In this document: piece after piece, positions 1 to 10,440 of the stretch
How positions within the stretch are numbered: position 1 is the first letter of the stretch
Layout: each line of letters begins with the position of its first letter
Assembly: GCA_965207445.1 (NCBI GenBank)
Contig: CBDBLX010000002.1
Span: forward strand, 1,047,849-1,111,848
Direction of reading: 5' to 3'
DNA from: Nitrosopumilus sp.
GTDB lineage: Archaea; Thermoproteota; Nitrososphaeria; Nitrososphaerales; Nitrosopumilaceae
DNA: 64,000 nt
Notes under the pieces: generated by a model
What the model was told of the DNA's origin: nothing
Databases searched by the model: none
The model's input: the letters and a program-made list of their open reading frames with translations, nothing else
Position numbers and translations under genes: made by a program

Positions 1-125
1 TTTTCCTTTTCGATTACCTCCAAACATTGCCTCATCCAATTCTACTTTACCACCAAAGACGAGTTTTGAAGATGTGTCATATATGGCCTGTCTGAATAAC
101 ATGAATGTTTGCTCAATGGTACAAA
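1..125 (-). pseudogene. IS1595-family (ISXO2-like DDE) transposase fragment, cut by MITE-A and by the window edge
   Basis: Manual translation TIEQTFMLFRQAIYDTSSKLVFGGKVELDEAMFGGNRKGK carries the G-x-V-E-x-D-E-x-x-F-G-G motif. Confidence 0.75.
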
Positions 126-126
126 G

Positions 127-275
127 GTATGAACCAAGCTCTTTGAATACAATAATAAAATCACATATCTGTATTTGGTTATATCCTTACTTGAATATAG
201 AATTCTGCATTTGTGCGATGCTTGACTCGGTACTATTTTTTAATGACCATATCAGTCATAGAGCTTGGTTCACAC
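127..275. mobile_element. MITE family A, copy 1
   Basis: TIRs GTATGAACCAAGCTCT / AGAGCTTGGTTCACAC; internal sequence homologous to 17660-17807 and 35565-35706. Confidence 0.8.
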
Positions 276-550
276 GAATTTTCTTTTCATATTTTATTTT
301 TAATTGAATACATGCATCATCTGCTTTGTCTGGTCTTTTTTGACTCATGGTGTTGGTAAAGAGCTTTGATCATATATGTGTATTTATTGTTTCCACTGAT
401 TTAGATAGATTAATTTAAGTATAAAAAAATATTATCGTAAAACCTCAAAATCTAAATTATTTTATTTATTCATATTCAAATTTTAAATGAATATATCCGT
501 CAGGAAGGTTGGTTCAGATGATTTTTATAGTACGTTGGAGTCGCAGTTGT

Positions 551-2519
551 ATGACTATTTCATTAATTAGACAGCTGCGCGTCAAGCAGAGATCTGTTCC
601 CTCTCAATCCCCCCCCCTCTCACACCCCACTCCATCATTCTAACGCGCAACATCACCTTTTTACAATAATAACGCCTCTTTTACTTGCCGGAATTATAAT
701 CACAATAGTTGCAGCCGTTCCGGCAGCTGACTGGGCCGGCGCCGGCCACGGTTATGCCGTCCCCCCAATCCCCGACGACCTGAACAGGGCGGCCGTCACG
801 TTCAACTCGCCCTCGGGCGGTGGCACCCTGATAGGGACCGTGACGCTCGAGCGCCCCGCCACCAAGCAGATGAAGTTCGCAGCCGAGATACGCGAGTGTG
901 TTGTGGACCTGGGCAACGTCGGCAATATCCCACTCCGGTCGGCTAACATGTGCGGCAGCGACGCGCGCGCCAGCCTGGACCCCAACGACGCGGGGCGCGA
1001 CTTTTCGCGCAACGTAATCTGGACGGACTCCACCAAGAGCACCGTAGCATACTACTATATCCCGACGTACAGGACGATAACCATAGAGAAGGGCCAACAG
1101 ACCGCCGACGCTACGTGGCAGACGCACAACGACGGCACGTCAAACACGCAGTCGTTCACGGTGGCGGTCACGCCCCTCACCGGGGGCCCCGTGTACGCAC
1201 ACCACTGGGTGGATCCGGCGAGGCCGCCGGCCGGGACGTTCATGTCCCAGCACCACTGGAAGGCGCAGATAAACCCCCCGGTGGTGACTGTCGGCGCAAG
1301 TGGTTCCACCAACGTCGTGGAGGGCACCGAGCTCCAAGTACGATTCACCGCAGCCCCGGCTGCGAACCCGGCGATTCAATTAACCTTCTCCATCTCGGAG
1401 ACCGGGGACGTTATACACTCTAGCATTGAGGGCATCCGAACCAATATGATCGAGAGCGGTCTTACCTATAGAATTACGACCCAAGGCGACAGCACCGACG
1501 AGGTCGACAGCACCGTCACGGTATCGCTGCGCGCGGGGGACGGCTACACCGTGGGCAGCCCGTCCAGCGTCACCTTCACCGTCCGCGACAACGACCCAGG
1601 CCCACTGGGCAGCGGCAGCCCCCAGCCCCCCACTACCGTCTCGATAGGCATAGCGGGCGGCGGCGCAGAGGGCGACCCCGTCTCGTTCGGCATCGGCGCG
1701 TCCCCCGCGCCCCTGTCGCCTTTGCCAGTCAACGTCACCCTTTCGGGCGCCGGGAACGTACTCAACGCCTCTGACGCGGGCTGGCGCATCGTGGAGATCC
1801 CGCCGATCGGCTCGTATACATTGGAGGTTCCGACCATAGATGACGGCGTCATAGACGTCAACAATGTTACGCTCACGATAAACCCAGGCGCCGGCTACAC
1901 GCCGGGCCAATTTGCAAGCTGGACCGTGGACGTCCAGGACGCCGGGACGACGTCAAGCCTGATGCAGCCGCCCGTGTACGACAAGCTCACCCAGGCTCAG
2001 AATCTGACGGCAGTCGCCATAGACCCAGCGCTGGTCGCCAACGTGACCGCGATGGCGTCCCAGGTGCAGCACGGCGCAGACCATGTGGACAGGTGGAACC
2101 GCGTTCTAGCTGCCTTTGGTGAGATTGACCACTCAAACCCGATGACCGCAGCAGAGGCCCGCGACAACGCCGAGAAATACAGCAGCCCGCTGTGGCCAAA
2201 GATTGCAGACGTGCTGACATTGCTAGATGCGGCGGCAGCAGAACAAGACGGGCCGCAGACGCCGCCGGACGTACCGACTGAGCCGGACGCGCCGCCCGCC
2301 ATAGACCCTGCGCTGATCAACAACGTCAGGGAGCTGGCGGCACAGACGCAGCACGGCGATGCGCACGTCGACCGCTGGAACCGCGTGCTGGCCGCATTCG
2401 GCGAGATTACCCACGACAACCCGATGACCGCAGCAGAGGCGCAAACCAATGCAGAAAAGTACAGCAGCCCACTATGGCCGCAGATTGCAAAAGTACTAAC
2501 GCAGCTTGAGTCAAGGTAG
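551..2519 (+). CDS. Surface/secreted protein: signal anchor, two Calx-beta/Ig-like modules, two C-terminal helical repeats; ATG551 is out of frame across a C9 tract
   Basis: Frame is open from 567 to 2519 (first canonical start 840) and includes hydrophobic TIITPLLLAGIIITIVAAV. Calx-beta-like segments DEVDSTVTVSLRAGDGYTVGSPSSVTFTVRDND and VTLTINPGAGYT. Duplicated IDPAL...QHG...HVDRWNRVLAAFGEI domain. GC-rich. Confidence 0.7.
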
Positions 2520-2590
2520 GTGTTAACCTCGTGCCTAGATTTTCACCATTTGTGTGATTTTTTTTGCCCCACCTGTTCCAAATGCTACAA

Positions 2591-2654
2591 GTCAGTATTT
2601 CGCAATGTGTTTTATATGATTTTATTTGAATAATATGCAATCTCGTTAAACATT
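2591..2654. repeat. Dispersed repeat, probable IS left end (second copy 12002-12065)
   Basis: GTCAGTA...CAATGTGTTTTATATGATTTTATTTGAATAAT...AACATT occurs twice; this copy precedes a transposase remnant. Confidence 0.6.
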
Positions 2655-2844
2655 GATGATCATACTTGATCAAATTAAATAGAAAATACAATATATGGGG
2701 ATATTCTAATACCTTTCATCATATATGAAAAATTAGGTACCAAAACATCAATATGAATTAGGACAAGTAAATTATAAAGTTTTACGAAAACGATTCGACG
2801 ATCTCAGACTAAACATATCAACCAGATATAACAGCAAGTATGGT

Positions 2845-3281
2845 GTGAATGATTATCTTGGTACACTTGCAACCATATCGTTCAATAACATGTGTGTAAA
2901 TGCAGCAACGCACAAAAGAAAACGTAATGAGGCTAACTATTTTAGAAAAAGCGAGCGCATAAGCATCCCATCTGAAAATACTGTGCTCAAATGCCTAAAG
3001 AGTACAGATCTAGAGCAAGTAAAACAATGGGGTGACGAGAACGTCAAATGTTTAACAATGCCAGAAAATACAACATGCTCAAAAAAGGCCAAGCACTATT
3101 GCAATTGATGACTGGATGGGAATATTATGGCAAGGCACTCAAACCTGAGATGCTAAAAACAAAGCACAAAAATGGCACCGCGATTTCATTCGTTTATGAC
3201 ACAGCACAAGTGGGAAATCAAGCAGAACATACCTTTGTTTACACTTTACTTACATTGATATCTAGAACTCAGTCGATTTAG
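2845..3281 (+). pseudogene. IS4/ISH3-like transposase remnant, frameshifted
   Basis: Two overlapping partial ORFs with IPSENTVLKCLK and WEYYGK...KHKNGT segments typical of ISH3-like transposases. Confidence 0.55.
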
Positions 3282-3503
3282 TGACCTGTGATTGCATTTT
3301 GGGCAAACTTGCCCTCATGCCCATCTTTTCTTGAGAAAAATGCCTTACTTTTTGTCAAATTATTTACTAAGATTTTTGGATGGTTGTTAGGCACTACCTA
3401 GGCGTGAAATTATTTATCAATATGTGCTCTTTCAAGGTCCAAATAGTTACGTTTACCTAATTTAAATGCAAAACGTATTATCTTTGATTTTTAAAACTAC
3501 CAT

Positions 3504-4235
3504 ATGAGAAAGATATTACTTTTACCTCTGTTTCTTGGCATTGCTGCTGCAATAACGTTTGCCGGATTATTAATCACTGATTCAAATTTTACAACACATG
3601 ATGATGATGATGCATTGTCTGTCACCCAACCATTGAGTGTACCTTTTGATGATGTGGCACAAAAATCTGAGTTGGAAATACCTCCTGCTATATTTACATA
3701 TTATGATACTGAGAGTGTGTCTGATTCCTTGATGGCATATGGACTACTTTTGTCTGTACCTGTACCTGTAACAGATCATACAATATCAAAGTATTGTACA
3801 TATTATAATGGCACATCTGAGAAATTTGAGTCTGTTTCGTACTGTACGACAAGTGGAATTTCAGACAAGAATGGTATTACTGTTGGAAATTTTAACTTAG
3901 GTGGCGATATATCAAATCCTGTAGTATCAATTACTGTATTGGACCCTGTACTGTCTATTGAGACTGGACACACGATGCCTGCTATGATCTTTGCAGGTGT
4001 GATAGAGGGACTTGTATGTGACTGTTGGGCTGAAAAGAAACCTGGCGGATTTACATCTGTATTGGAGTGGATGAGTAAATCAGAGTCGATACTAGTTGAA
4101 AATCCTGATAAAACATCACTAAAGTCTACTATAGGTGGTCTTGCAGATGGTGTTACGGTTACACTAGAAGCCACTGCACTATCTAATGGATATCAATGGT
4201 CGCTAGTCATATTACAACAGCAACCCCCATCATAA
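3504..4235 (+). CDS. Thaumarchaeal hypothetical membrane-anchored protein
   Basis: 243-aa ORF with an N-terminal hydrophobic helix and Cys-containing motifs YC...YC and CDCW. Confidence 0.7.
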   Translation: MRKILLLPLFLGIAAAITFAGLLITDSNFTTHDDDDALSVTQPLSVPFDDVAQKSELEIPPAIFTYYDTESVSDSLMAYGLLLSVPVPVTDHTISKYCTYYNGTSEKFESVSYCTTSGISDKNGITVGNFNLGGDISNPVVSITVLDPVLSIETGHTMPAMIFAGVIEGLVCDCWAEKKPGGFTSVLEWMSKSESILVENPDKTSLKSTIGGLADGVTVTLEATALSNGYQWSLVILQQQPPS

Positions 4236-4372
4236 CCCCCATCATAATAATGCAATAATGTGCACAATTACATTCATATATGATTCTAACTATATTGATC
4301 CTGTTAATACTTGAAACATATCACTCATATGGTAACCACTAGATTATTATCCAATCATTCATTGCATAAATA

Positions 4373-5200
4373 ATGGAAAAGATAAAACAAAAATCTCGTG
4401 TACTGTTGTATTACAATCGCTCAAAAAAGTGGCTCGTTACAATAAAAAAAGGTGAACAACTACATACTCACATTGGTGTACTGTCTCATGATGATGCCAT
4501 TGGAAAAGAGTATGGCATGCGAATTACAACAAACAAGTCAAAATATGTCTATTTGATAAAACCTACTTTGTATGACCATGTTATGAAACTACAACATGGT
4601 ACACAGATCATCTATCCAAAAGAATTGGGATACATTGTGGCACGCGCCGGTATTGGAAGTGGCCAAAAGATACTAGAGATTGGGACTGGAAGCGGTTCAC
4701 TAACATCTTTTGTGGCAAATATTGTGAGGCCTCGTGGACATGTGTACTCGTTTGATGTAAATGATGACTTTTTAAAAATTGCACAAAAAAACATAGATCG
4801 TGCTGGTGTTGATAAATACGTGACATTGCACAATCTTGATGTAAAAAAACTTGACTTTGATGAAACTGATCCATGCTGTGATAATGATGACTCGATGCCT
4901 GTTTGTGATGCAGATTTGGCCATAATTGATTTGGGTGATCCATGGACTGTATTGCCTCAAGTACGAAAAATGCTAAAGGGAAGTGGTTCTTTATTTGCTA
5001 TATGTCCGACTATGAATCAGTTGGAAAAATTGACAGAAGCTCTAGTTGAAAATGAGTTTACTGATATAGAGTCTACTGAGCAAATAATAAGAAACATTGA
5101 TGCACGAGTTGGCAAGACACGTCACTCTTTTGATGGGATTGGACACACCACATACTTGTGTTTTGCACGTAAAGTATTTTTTGAAAAAAATACGTTGTGA
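4373..5200 (+). CDS. trmI: tRNA (adenine-N1)-methyltransferase
   Basis: TQIIYPKE, LEIGTGSGSLT SAM motif, DLGDPW, IGHTTYL. Confidence 0.92.
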   Translation: MEKIKQKSRVLLYYNRSKKWLVTIKKGEQLHTHIGVLSHDDAIGKEYGMRITTNKSKYVYLIKPTLYDHVMKLQHGTQIIYPKELGYIVARAGIGSGQKILEIGTGSGSLTSFVANIVRPRGHVYSFDVNDDFLKIAQKNIDRAGVDKYVTLHNLDVKKLDFDETDPCCDNDDSMPVCDADLAIIDLGDPWTVLPQVRKMLKGSGSLFAICPTMNQLEKLTEALVENEFTDIESTEQIIRNIDARVGKTRHSFDGIGHTTYLCFARKVFFEKNTL

Positions 5201-5342
5201 TGACCACTCAACTTTATGTGTATACTAGTTAAAAACTAGATAATCTTTTCGTGATTTTTCGATTTTATTACTGGCGCTCTTATCTCAATTATTAAGTATC
5301 TATGAGATATCCCAAGACGTAATAACGGGACTGGTCAAAAAA

Positions 5343-6049
5343 TTGGCCAAAAAAGATGACAAGATTGCAGAACAACAGCAGATCATTGAGAGTATGGAGA
5401 GTGAGTTGAGGGTATACAAGGATAGGGTGAACTATGGTGATGATGATGGTGTGTGTGAAAAGATAATGATGCTGACAGTGGAGCAGAAGAAAAAAAAGAA
5501 CTCGGGCAAAAAAAGACCCGGCGTGAATACCGACGCGCCGTGGTCGTGTATGAGGCGCAAAAAATTGGCTTGATCCCAAGACGGTTGCAGCAGAGACGCA
5601 AAAAAAGAAGAAGAAAGCCGGGGGCCCAGAAGGACCACAGAGGTGCGTCGCGCAGGGGAAAAGTTGACAAGACTGTACACATCTAATCCGGATTATGCGA
5701 CGGGTGTGAAATATTTGATGGGATAAGAGTCAAGACCATTCGCAAGCGCATAATTGACTTGGGCAAACCTAGGCGAACCACAAGTGAAGTGATGTATGTT
5801 AAGAATGAGGCTGTGTCCGGAATGCCTCATCCATGTCATCCCGCACGCAGATGACATACATGGTACGTCATTTGGGCCGAGCTTGCGCGCACAAATCCAC
5901 ACATACCGGGACGGACATGCAACAGACGACATCCATAGTCCAGTTTCGTCCCCTACAGGCATAATTGACCAATACGGCTGGCAGGGTTGTCGCCACATGG
6001 GTATGAATTTGACCTGATCTGATACCATTTGAGACAATACCAACTCCTC
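5343..6049 (+). pseudogene. IS66-family transposase remnant (coiled coil, KKPG-Q-GH-G, zinc ribbon, SFGP)
   Basis: Fragments in several frames: KKPGAQKDHRG, CPEC, GTSFGPSL. Confidence 0.65.
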
Positions 6050-6084
6050 GTAACGTTTAACCGTTACTATACCCACCGTCACAC

Positions 6085-6561
6085 ATGACAGATCCGCGCC
6101 TGGCAAGATTCATCCAGTTCCTAGAGGATGAGAACTTGGTAAAATTTGACATAGACGGAGAAGGAGAGCGCCAGTTTGAGAACCGGTTCCTGATTCAAAA
6201 GTATGTGTTTCTGGCCCAGAAATTCGGGCTTGACCTGCCGTATGACTATGACATTTACACGTGCGGGCCCTACTCCAGTGCCCTTACTAAAACTTACTAC
6301 AGCATGGCAAGAAACGGGAATGTGTACATGCTGGCCGACAACTCGTCCTTGGGGGCGTCGTTTGACGCGGAGGGATTCCTCAAGGCAATACGCGACAAGG
6401 ACAAGCTCTGGCTAAGGGCTGCCACCACCCTGATCAGCTGTGGCAAGCGTTACAAAGATCGCGGGGATCTGGTTGAGATTACCAAGTACATAGAAGACGA
6501 CGAGGAGGACATGCACGTCTCAAAAACATTGTCAGATCTGGAAGCATTACGTATTTTGTAA
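6085..6561 (+). CDS. Panacea/SocA (DUF4065)-like antitoxin
   Basis: IQKYVFLAQ...YDYDIYTCGPYSSAL matches the LQKxxY...GPY signature. Confidence 0.6.
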   Translation: MTDPRLARFIQFLEDENLVKFDIDGEGERQFENRFLIQKYVFLAQKFGLDLPYDYDIYTCGPYSSALTKTYYSMARNGNVYMLADNSSLGASFDAEGFLKAIRDKDKLWLRAATTLISCGKRYKDRGDLVEITKYIEDDEEDMHVSKTLSDLEALRIL

Positions 6562-6783
6562 GTCGTCCCGGATTTAGTCGGGTATTTCTGGATACACACT
6601 CAAACAGAGCGCTCTCGTATTTCTTGATCTTCAGGTTCTCCAGCATGTCGTTGTCGCGGGTAAAAAAGAACTTGGAGTCGGGATCGGCCAGCACCTCTGA
6701 CAGAATCATCGCATCGTTCGGTGTCAGTCGATCATCAAGTTCATGTATGTCCGGCATTATACGCGGCGTATTCATGCGGGTAC
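6490..6783 (-). pseudogene. PIN-domain protein C-terminal fragment, 5' end lost at an IS66-type end
   Basis: LTPNDAMILSEVLAD...FFFTRDNDML resembles the PIN C-terminal D...T-x-D motif; the ORF 5' part runs into GGGTGAACGGTTAC and backbone DNA. Confidence 0.5.
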
Positions 6784-6856
6784 TCGGGTGAACGGTTACT
6801 TTTAAAAAACAACACTTGATGGACAAAAATTTATTATTCTCTGATGTGGCTAGTAT

Positions 6857-7918
6857 ATGGAATCGCATAATAGTAATGTTCTAGTAGATGATAATGATAC
6901 TTTGTCACCTTTGAATGCATCATACGTCAATGATAAAACCATGGCAGATTTTTTACCTGCACGACATACATCATCACGAAAAGGGCAAAACGGTAAAGTG
7001 TTAGTTGTCGGTGGCAGTAACATATACCATGGCGCACCTATACTCTCGTCACTTGCTGCCCTCAGATTTTGTGCAGATTTGGTGTACACTGCAGTACCAA
7101 AGATGAATGCTGTTGCTACTAGGGCAATATCATCTGACTTGATCGTACTCCCAATGGTAGATGCAAAGTTAACTAGGGGCTCTGTTGCAAAATTACTTGG
7201 CATGGTATCAAAACACACTTCTACTACCATACATCATAATCCTACCTCATCAAATCATACTAGCAATGATATGCAAGTTCAAACAAACTCCAATCATTCA
7301 ACTTTAAACAACGCACAAACCAAATCTACACCACATGGCAGTCTTGATTCTGCTGCAATTGGAATGGGACTTGCAATCCAAGATCGTACTGCATTAATAC
7401 GACTAGTAGACTCCCTTGTAAAATCTGATGTTCGTCTGGTCTTGGATGCATCTGCATTGGTCCCTGAGATCAAAAACACAATTAAAAATACACGTACAAT
7501 AGTGACTCCTCATGCTGGTGAATTCCTACACCTGTTTGGCCATACCGTACCGCCAATCTCATCTAATATACAAGAAAGAATAGACATTGTCAGGGATCAC
7601 GCATTGGATATGGGCATTACCATAATACTAAAGGGCTCAATTGATATAATATCTGATGGCAAGATTACCTACTTGTGTGATGCAGGAACACCTGGAATGA
7701 CCACTGGTGGAACAGGCGATGTTTTAACAGGTATTGCAGCAGGTGCTCTTGCAATATGTGATGATTCACTAAAAGCAGCAACCGTTGCAGCATATGTGAA
7801 TGGCAAAGCAGGTGAGATTGTCTCCAAATCTTATAGTTATCATATGATTGCAAGTGATTTAATTGATGCAATACCTGTGGCACTCTCAGGTTTTGATCGC
7901 GTGACTACAAAAAAGTAA
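6857..7918 (+). CDS. nnrD: ADP-dependent NAD(P)H-hydrate dehydratase
   Basis: RKGQNGKVLVVGGS..YHGAP, VLDASAL, TPHAGEF, GGTGDVLTG. Confidence 0.92.
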   Translation: MESHNSNVLVDDNDTLSPLNASYVNDKTMADFLPARHTSSRKGQNGKVLVVGGSNIYHGAPILSSLAALRFCADLVYTAVPKMNAVATRAISSDLIVLPMVDAKLTRGSVAKLLGMVSKHTSTTIHHNPTSSNHTSNDMQVQTNSNHSTLNNAQTKSTPHGSLDSAAIGMGLAIQDRTALIRLVDSLVKSDVRLVLDASALVPEIKNTIKNTRTIVTPHAGEFLHLFGHTVPPISSNIQERIDIVRDHALDMGITIILKGSIDIISDGKITYLCDAGTPGMTTGGTGDVLTGIAAGALAICDDSLKAATVAAYVNGKAGEIVSKSYSYHMIASDLIDAIPVALSGFDRVTTKK

Positions 7919-9426
7919 TGCACAGTATAATAAGTCATCTGAATATACACTGTGTTGTGAAACGACAAAAAATAATTAACAAACAGACTAGTAAAGATGA
8001 TCCAATTAATGCGATAATTAGGCGCGTATCTAAAGGCACTGATGAGATGATATCAAACCTACAGCAATTGATCAGAGAACCTAGCGTATCTGCAAAAGGG
8101 CAAGGTCTAGAGAGCTGTGCCAAAACCCTATCTGATATGTTAATTGGTGCTGGATTACACTCTGAGATACTATATCTAAATAAATCTACAAATGCAGCTC
8201 CACCAATTGTATATGCTGAGATTCTCTCAAAGACAAACCCTACAAAGACACTCTTATTTTATAATCATTATGATGTGCAACCTGAAGAACCACTTGAGCA
8301 GTGGAGATATCCACCGTTTGAGGGTGTCAAAAAAGGCAACAAGGTGTATGGACGCGGGGCCATCGATGACAAGGGTGAGATTGTAGCGCGGCTGTGCGCA
8401 GTGAAATCATATGTAAAAGAGATGGGTGGTGACATTCCTTGTAATATCAAATTTTTGATCGAAGGTGAAGAAGAGATAGGAAGTAATCATATAACACAAT
8501 ACATGAAAAAATATCGTAGAAAATTTACATGTGATGCTGTAATATGGGAGTTTGGTTACGTTAGTCCTGATTGTCGTCCTATTGTTGGTCTGGGTATGAA
8601 AGGTCTAATGTTCGTAGAGTTGAGTGCACGAGGCCCTGTGAGAGATGCACACTCTAGTTTGGCCGTACTGATCAAAAATCCTGCATGGCGGCTTGTGCAA
8701 GCACTACATGCGATACGCAGAGAAACTGACGGGCGTATATTGATTCGTGGCTGGTATGATGATGTCAAAGATCTTTCTGCAACTGATCTAAAACTATTGA
8801 GAGCCGAGCCGTTTGATGAGGAACAGTTCAAAAAAGAGTATGGTATACGCGATTTTGTAGGTGGTGTACATGGTATGGCTGCTAAAAAAGCACTAGCTGC
8901 AACACCGACATGCAATATTGCAGGTATAATATCTGGATATACTGCTAGTGGTGCCAAGACAGTATTGCCTGCTATTGCAACAGTCAAACTTGACTTTAGA
9001 TTGGTTCCAGAAATGATTCCTCAAAAGCAGTTTAAGTTACTCAAAAAACATCTCGCATCGACAGGTTTCTCTGATATATGTGCGACCATGCTACATGCTG
9101 AATCTGCTGCTAGAACTGATCCTACAAATCTGTTTGTTTGTAATGTTGCAGATGCCGCTGAGTCGTCGTTTCAAGCTACTCCAATACTAAATGTGTCGAA
9201 TCCTGCAACGGGTCCAATGTATGCGTTTACTCAAGTATTGGGGAATATACCATGTGTGTCAGTTGGTGGCACTCATGTCTACTCTAAGATACACTCGCCA
9301 AATGAGTTTGCACGAATCGATCTTTTGAAAAAGACTGCCAAATGTATGTGCTATGTAATAGATAACTTTGGCAGGTTCTCTTCCACGCAAGAAAAACAAC
9401 TTAAAGACAAAGTGCCGTATTGTTAA
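7918..9426 (+). CDS. M20/M25/M40 metallopeptidase (ArgE/DapE-like)
   Basis: YNHYDVQP, YGRGAIDDKG, EGEEEIGS, IHSPNE. Confidence 0.9.
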   Translation: MHSIISHLNIHCVVKRQKIINKQTSKDDPINAIIRRVSKGTDEMISNLQQLIREPSVSAKGQGLESCAKTLSDMLIGAGLHSEILYLNKSTNAAPPIVYAEILSKTNPTKTLLFYNHYDVQPEEPLEQWRYPPFEGVKKGNKVYGRGAIDDKGEIVARLCAVKSYVKEMGGDIPCNIKFLIEGEEEIGSNHITQYMKKYRRKFTCDAVIWEFGYVSPDCRPIVGLGMKGLMFVELSARGPVRDAHSSLAVLIKNPAWRLVQALHAIRRETDGRILIRGWYDDVKDLSATDLKLLRAEPFDEEQFKKEYGIRDFVGGVHGMAAKKALAATPTCNIAGIISGYTASGAKTVLPAIATVKLDFRLVPEMIPQKQFKLLKKHLASTGFSDICATMLHAESAARTDPTNLFVCNVADAAESSFQATPILNVSNPATGPMYAFTQVLGNIPCVSVGGTHVYSKIHSPNEFARIDLLKKTAKCMCYVIDNFGRFSSTQEKQLKDKVPYC

Positions 9427-9427
9427 T

Positions 9428-10153
9428 ATGGACGGTCTCACTACACTGAAAGCCGAGGACAAGTGGCTCCTGGTCATTGTGAACCTGCTTCCGTACGTTG
9501 AGGGCAGGACCATGCTACAGAAATTTGGAATGTTGTCATTTTATGAGGTTCTCAAGGATGAGGAGTTTTTTGACGACTGGAGGCCTAGCCATTATGGCGG
9601 ATACAGTCCCAGACTAGCAAACAGCCTGAAGCGCCTGAAGGCGGACGGTTACGTCCGAGCCGACAAAGTGACTGTCGAGCGCGACTATCAGGTCAACAGG
9701 TATTCGTTAACAGAAGCGGGTAGACGCGCAATAGCAGAGTTCGAAACCGATTCGTTGCGGCTTGAAAAAATAAAAACGATTCTGTCTCACTATTTCACTC
9801 GGACACTGAATGATCTCTTGGCAGATGTGTATCAAAGATATCCCGAACTGGCGGCCAACAGTAAGATTATTGCAGACGTAAACAGGACTTTGGATCCCAG
9901 CTCACGTATGGAACATGAATCCGAGACCGGAATAGGAGAACAGTCAAAAACAACCTGCATGACGATCCCTGCACACCAACATGTACTTGGAGATATAGAC
10001 TTTAGGGAAAAACTGGCAAAATCCATAGGACTGGACAGAGTCCCGGATCTGGATCCGCAGGCCTTTGATCGTATCCAAGGAATCCTGTCCGAGCACATCG
10101 GCACGGATCACTTTGACGCCGTGGAGGCGGTCAGGGAAGTGAGGGATTGTTGA
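9428..10153 (+). CDS. Panacea-like winged-helix antitoxin with a VapB-like C-terminal tail
   Basis: GRTMLQKFG...DDWRPSHYGGYS...YSLTEAGR; ends DAVEAVREVRDC; overlaps a PIN gene; paralog at 30352. Confidence 0.65.
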   Translation: MDGLTTLKAEDKWLLVIVNLLPYVEGRTMLQKFGMLSFYEVLKDEEFFDDWRPSHYGGYSPRLANSLKRLKADGYVRADKVTVERDYQVNRYSLTEAGRRAIAEFETDSLRLEKIKTILSHYFTRTLNDLLADVYQRYPELAANSKIIADVNRTLDPSSRMEHESETGIGEQSKTTCMTIPAHQHVLGDIDFREKLAKSIGLDRVPDLDPQAFDRIQGILSEHIGTDHFDAVEAVREVRDC

Positions 10154-10396
10154 AAAAATCATATCTGGATGCCAACATACTGATTGCCATATCTGTGGGC
10201 CCTGACAAGGAACGCGATCAGTTCAAGATGGCCAGAGGGGTGTTGAACGATATCAAAAACGGCGTGATCATTGGAATCGTGTCCTCCTTGGTGTTGATGG
10301 AGGTGATCTCCGTCATGCGCAAGCAGAAGGTAAGGAGGTAGTGGGTCATTTGGATTCGATGTCACTCGAGGAGCAATCCAAGTTTGTGTTGCATGA
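10147..10396 (+). pseudogene. PIN-domain (VapC-like) toxin, truncated
   Basis: YLDANILI...SSLVLMEVISV PIN N-terminus; stop after 64 aa, then the cassette ends. Confidence 0.7.
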
Positions 10397-10440
10397 GAAA
10401 ATTAAAAAAAATATTAAAAAATAAATTTTTGGTGTATATA

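Noticed and set aside
74..307. 77-aa plus-strand ORF
   Set aside because: It spans MITE-A and the antisense strand of an IS1595 fragment, so it is probably spurious.
681..2449. Several long antisense or alternate-frame ORFs over the surface-protein gene
   Set aside because: Expected shadow ORFs of GC-rich coding DNA.
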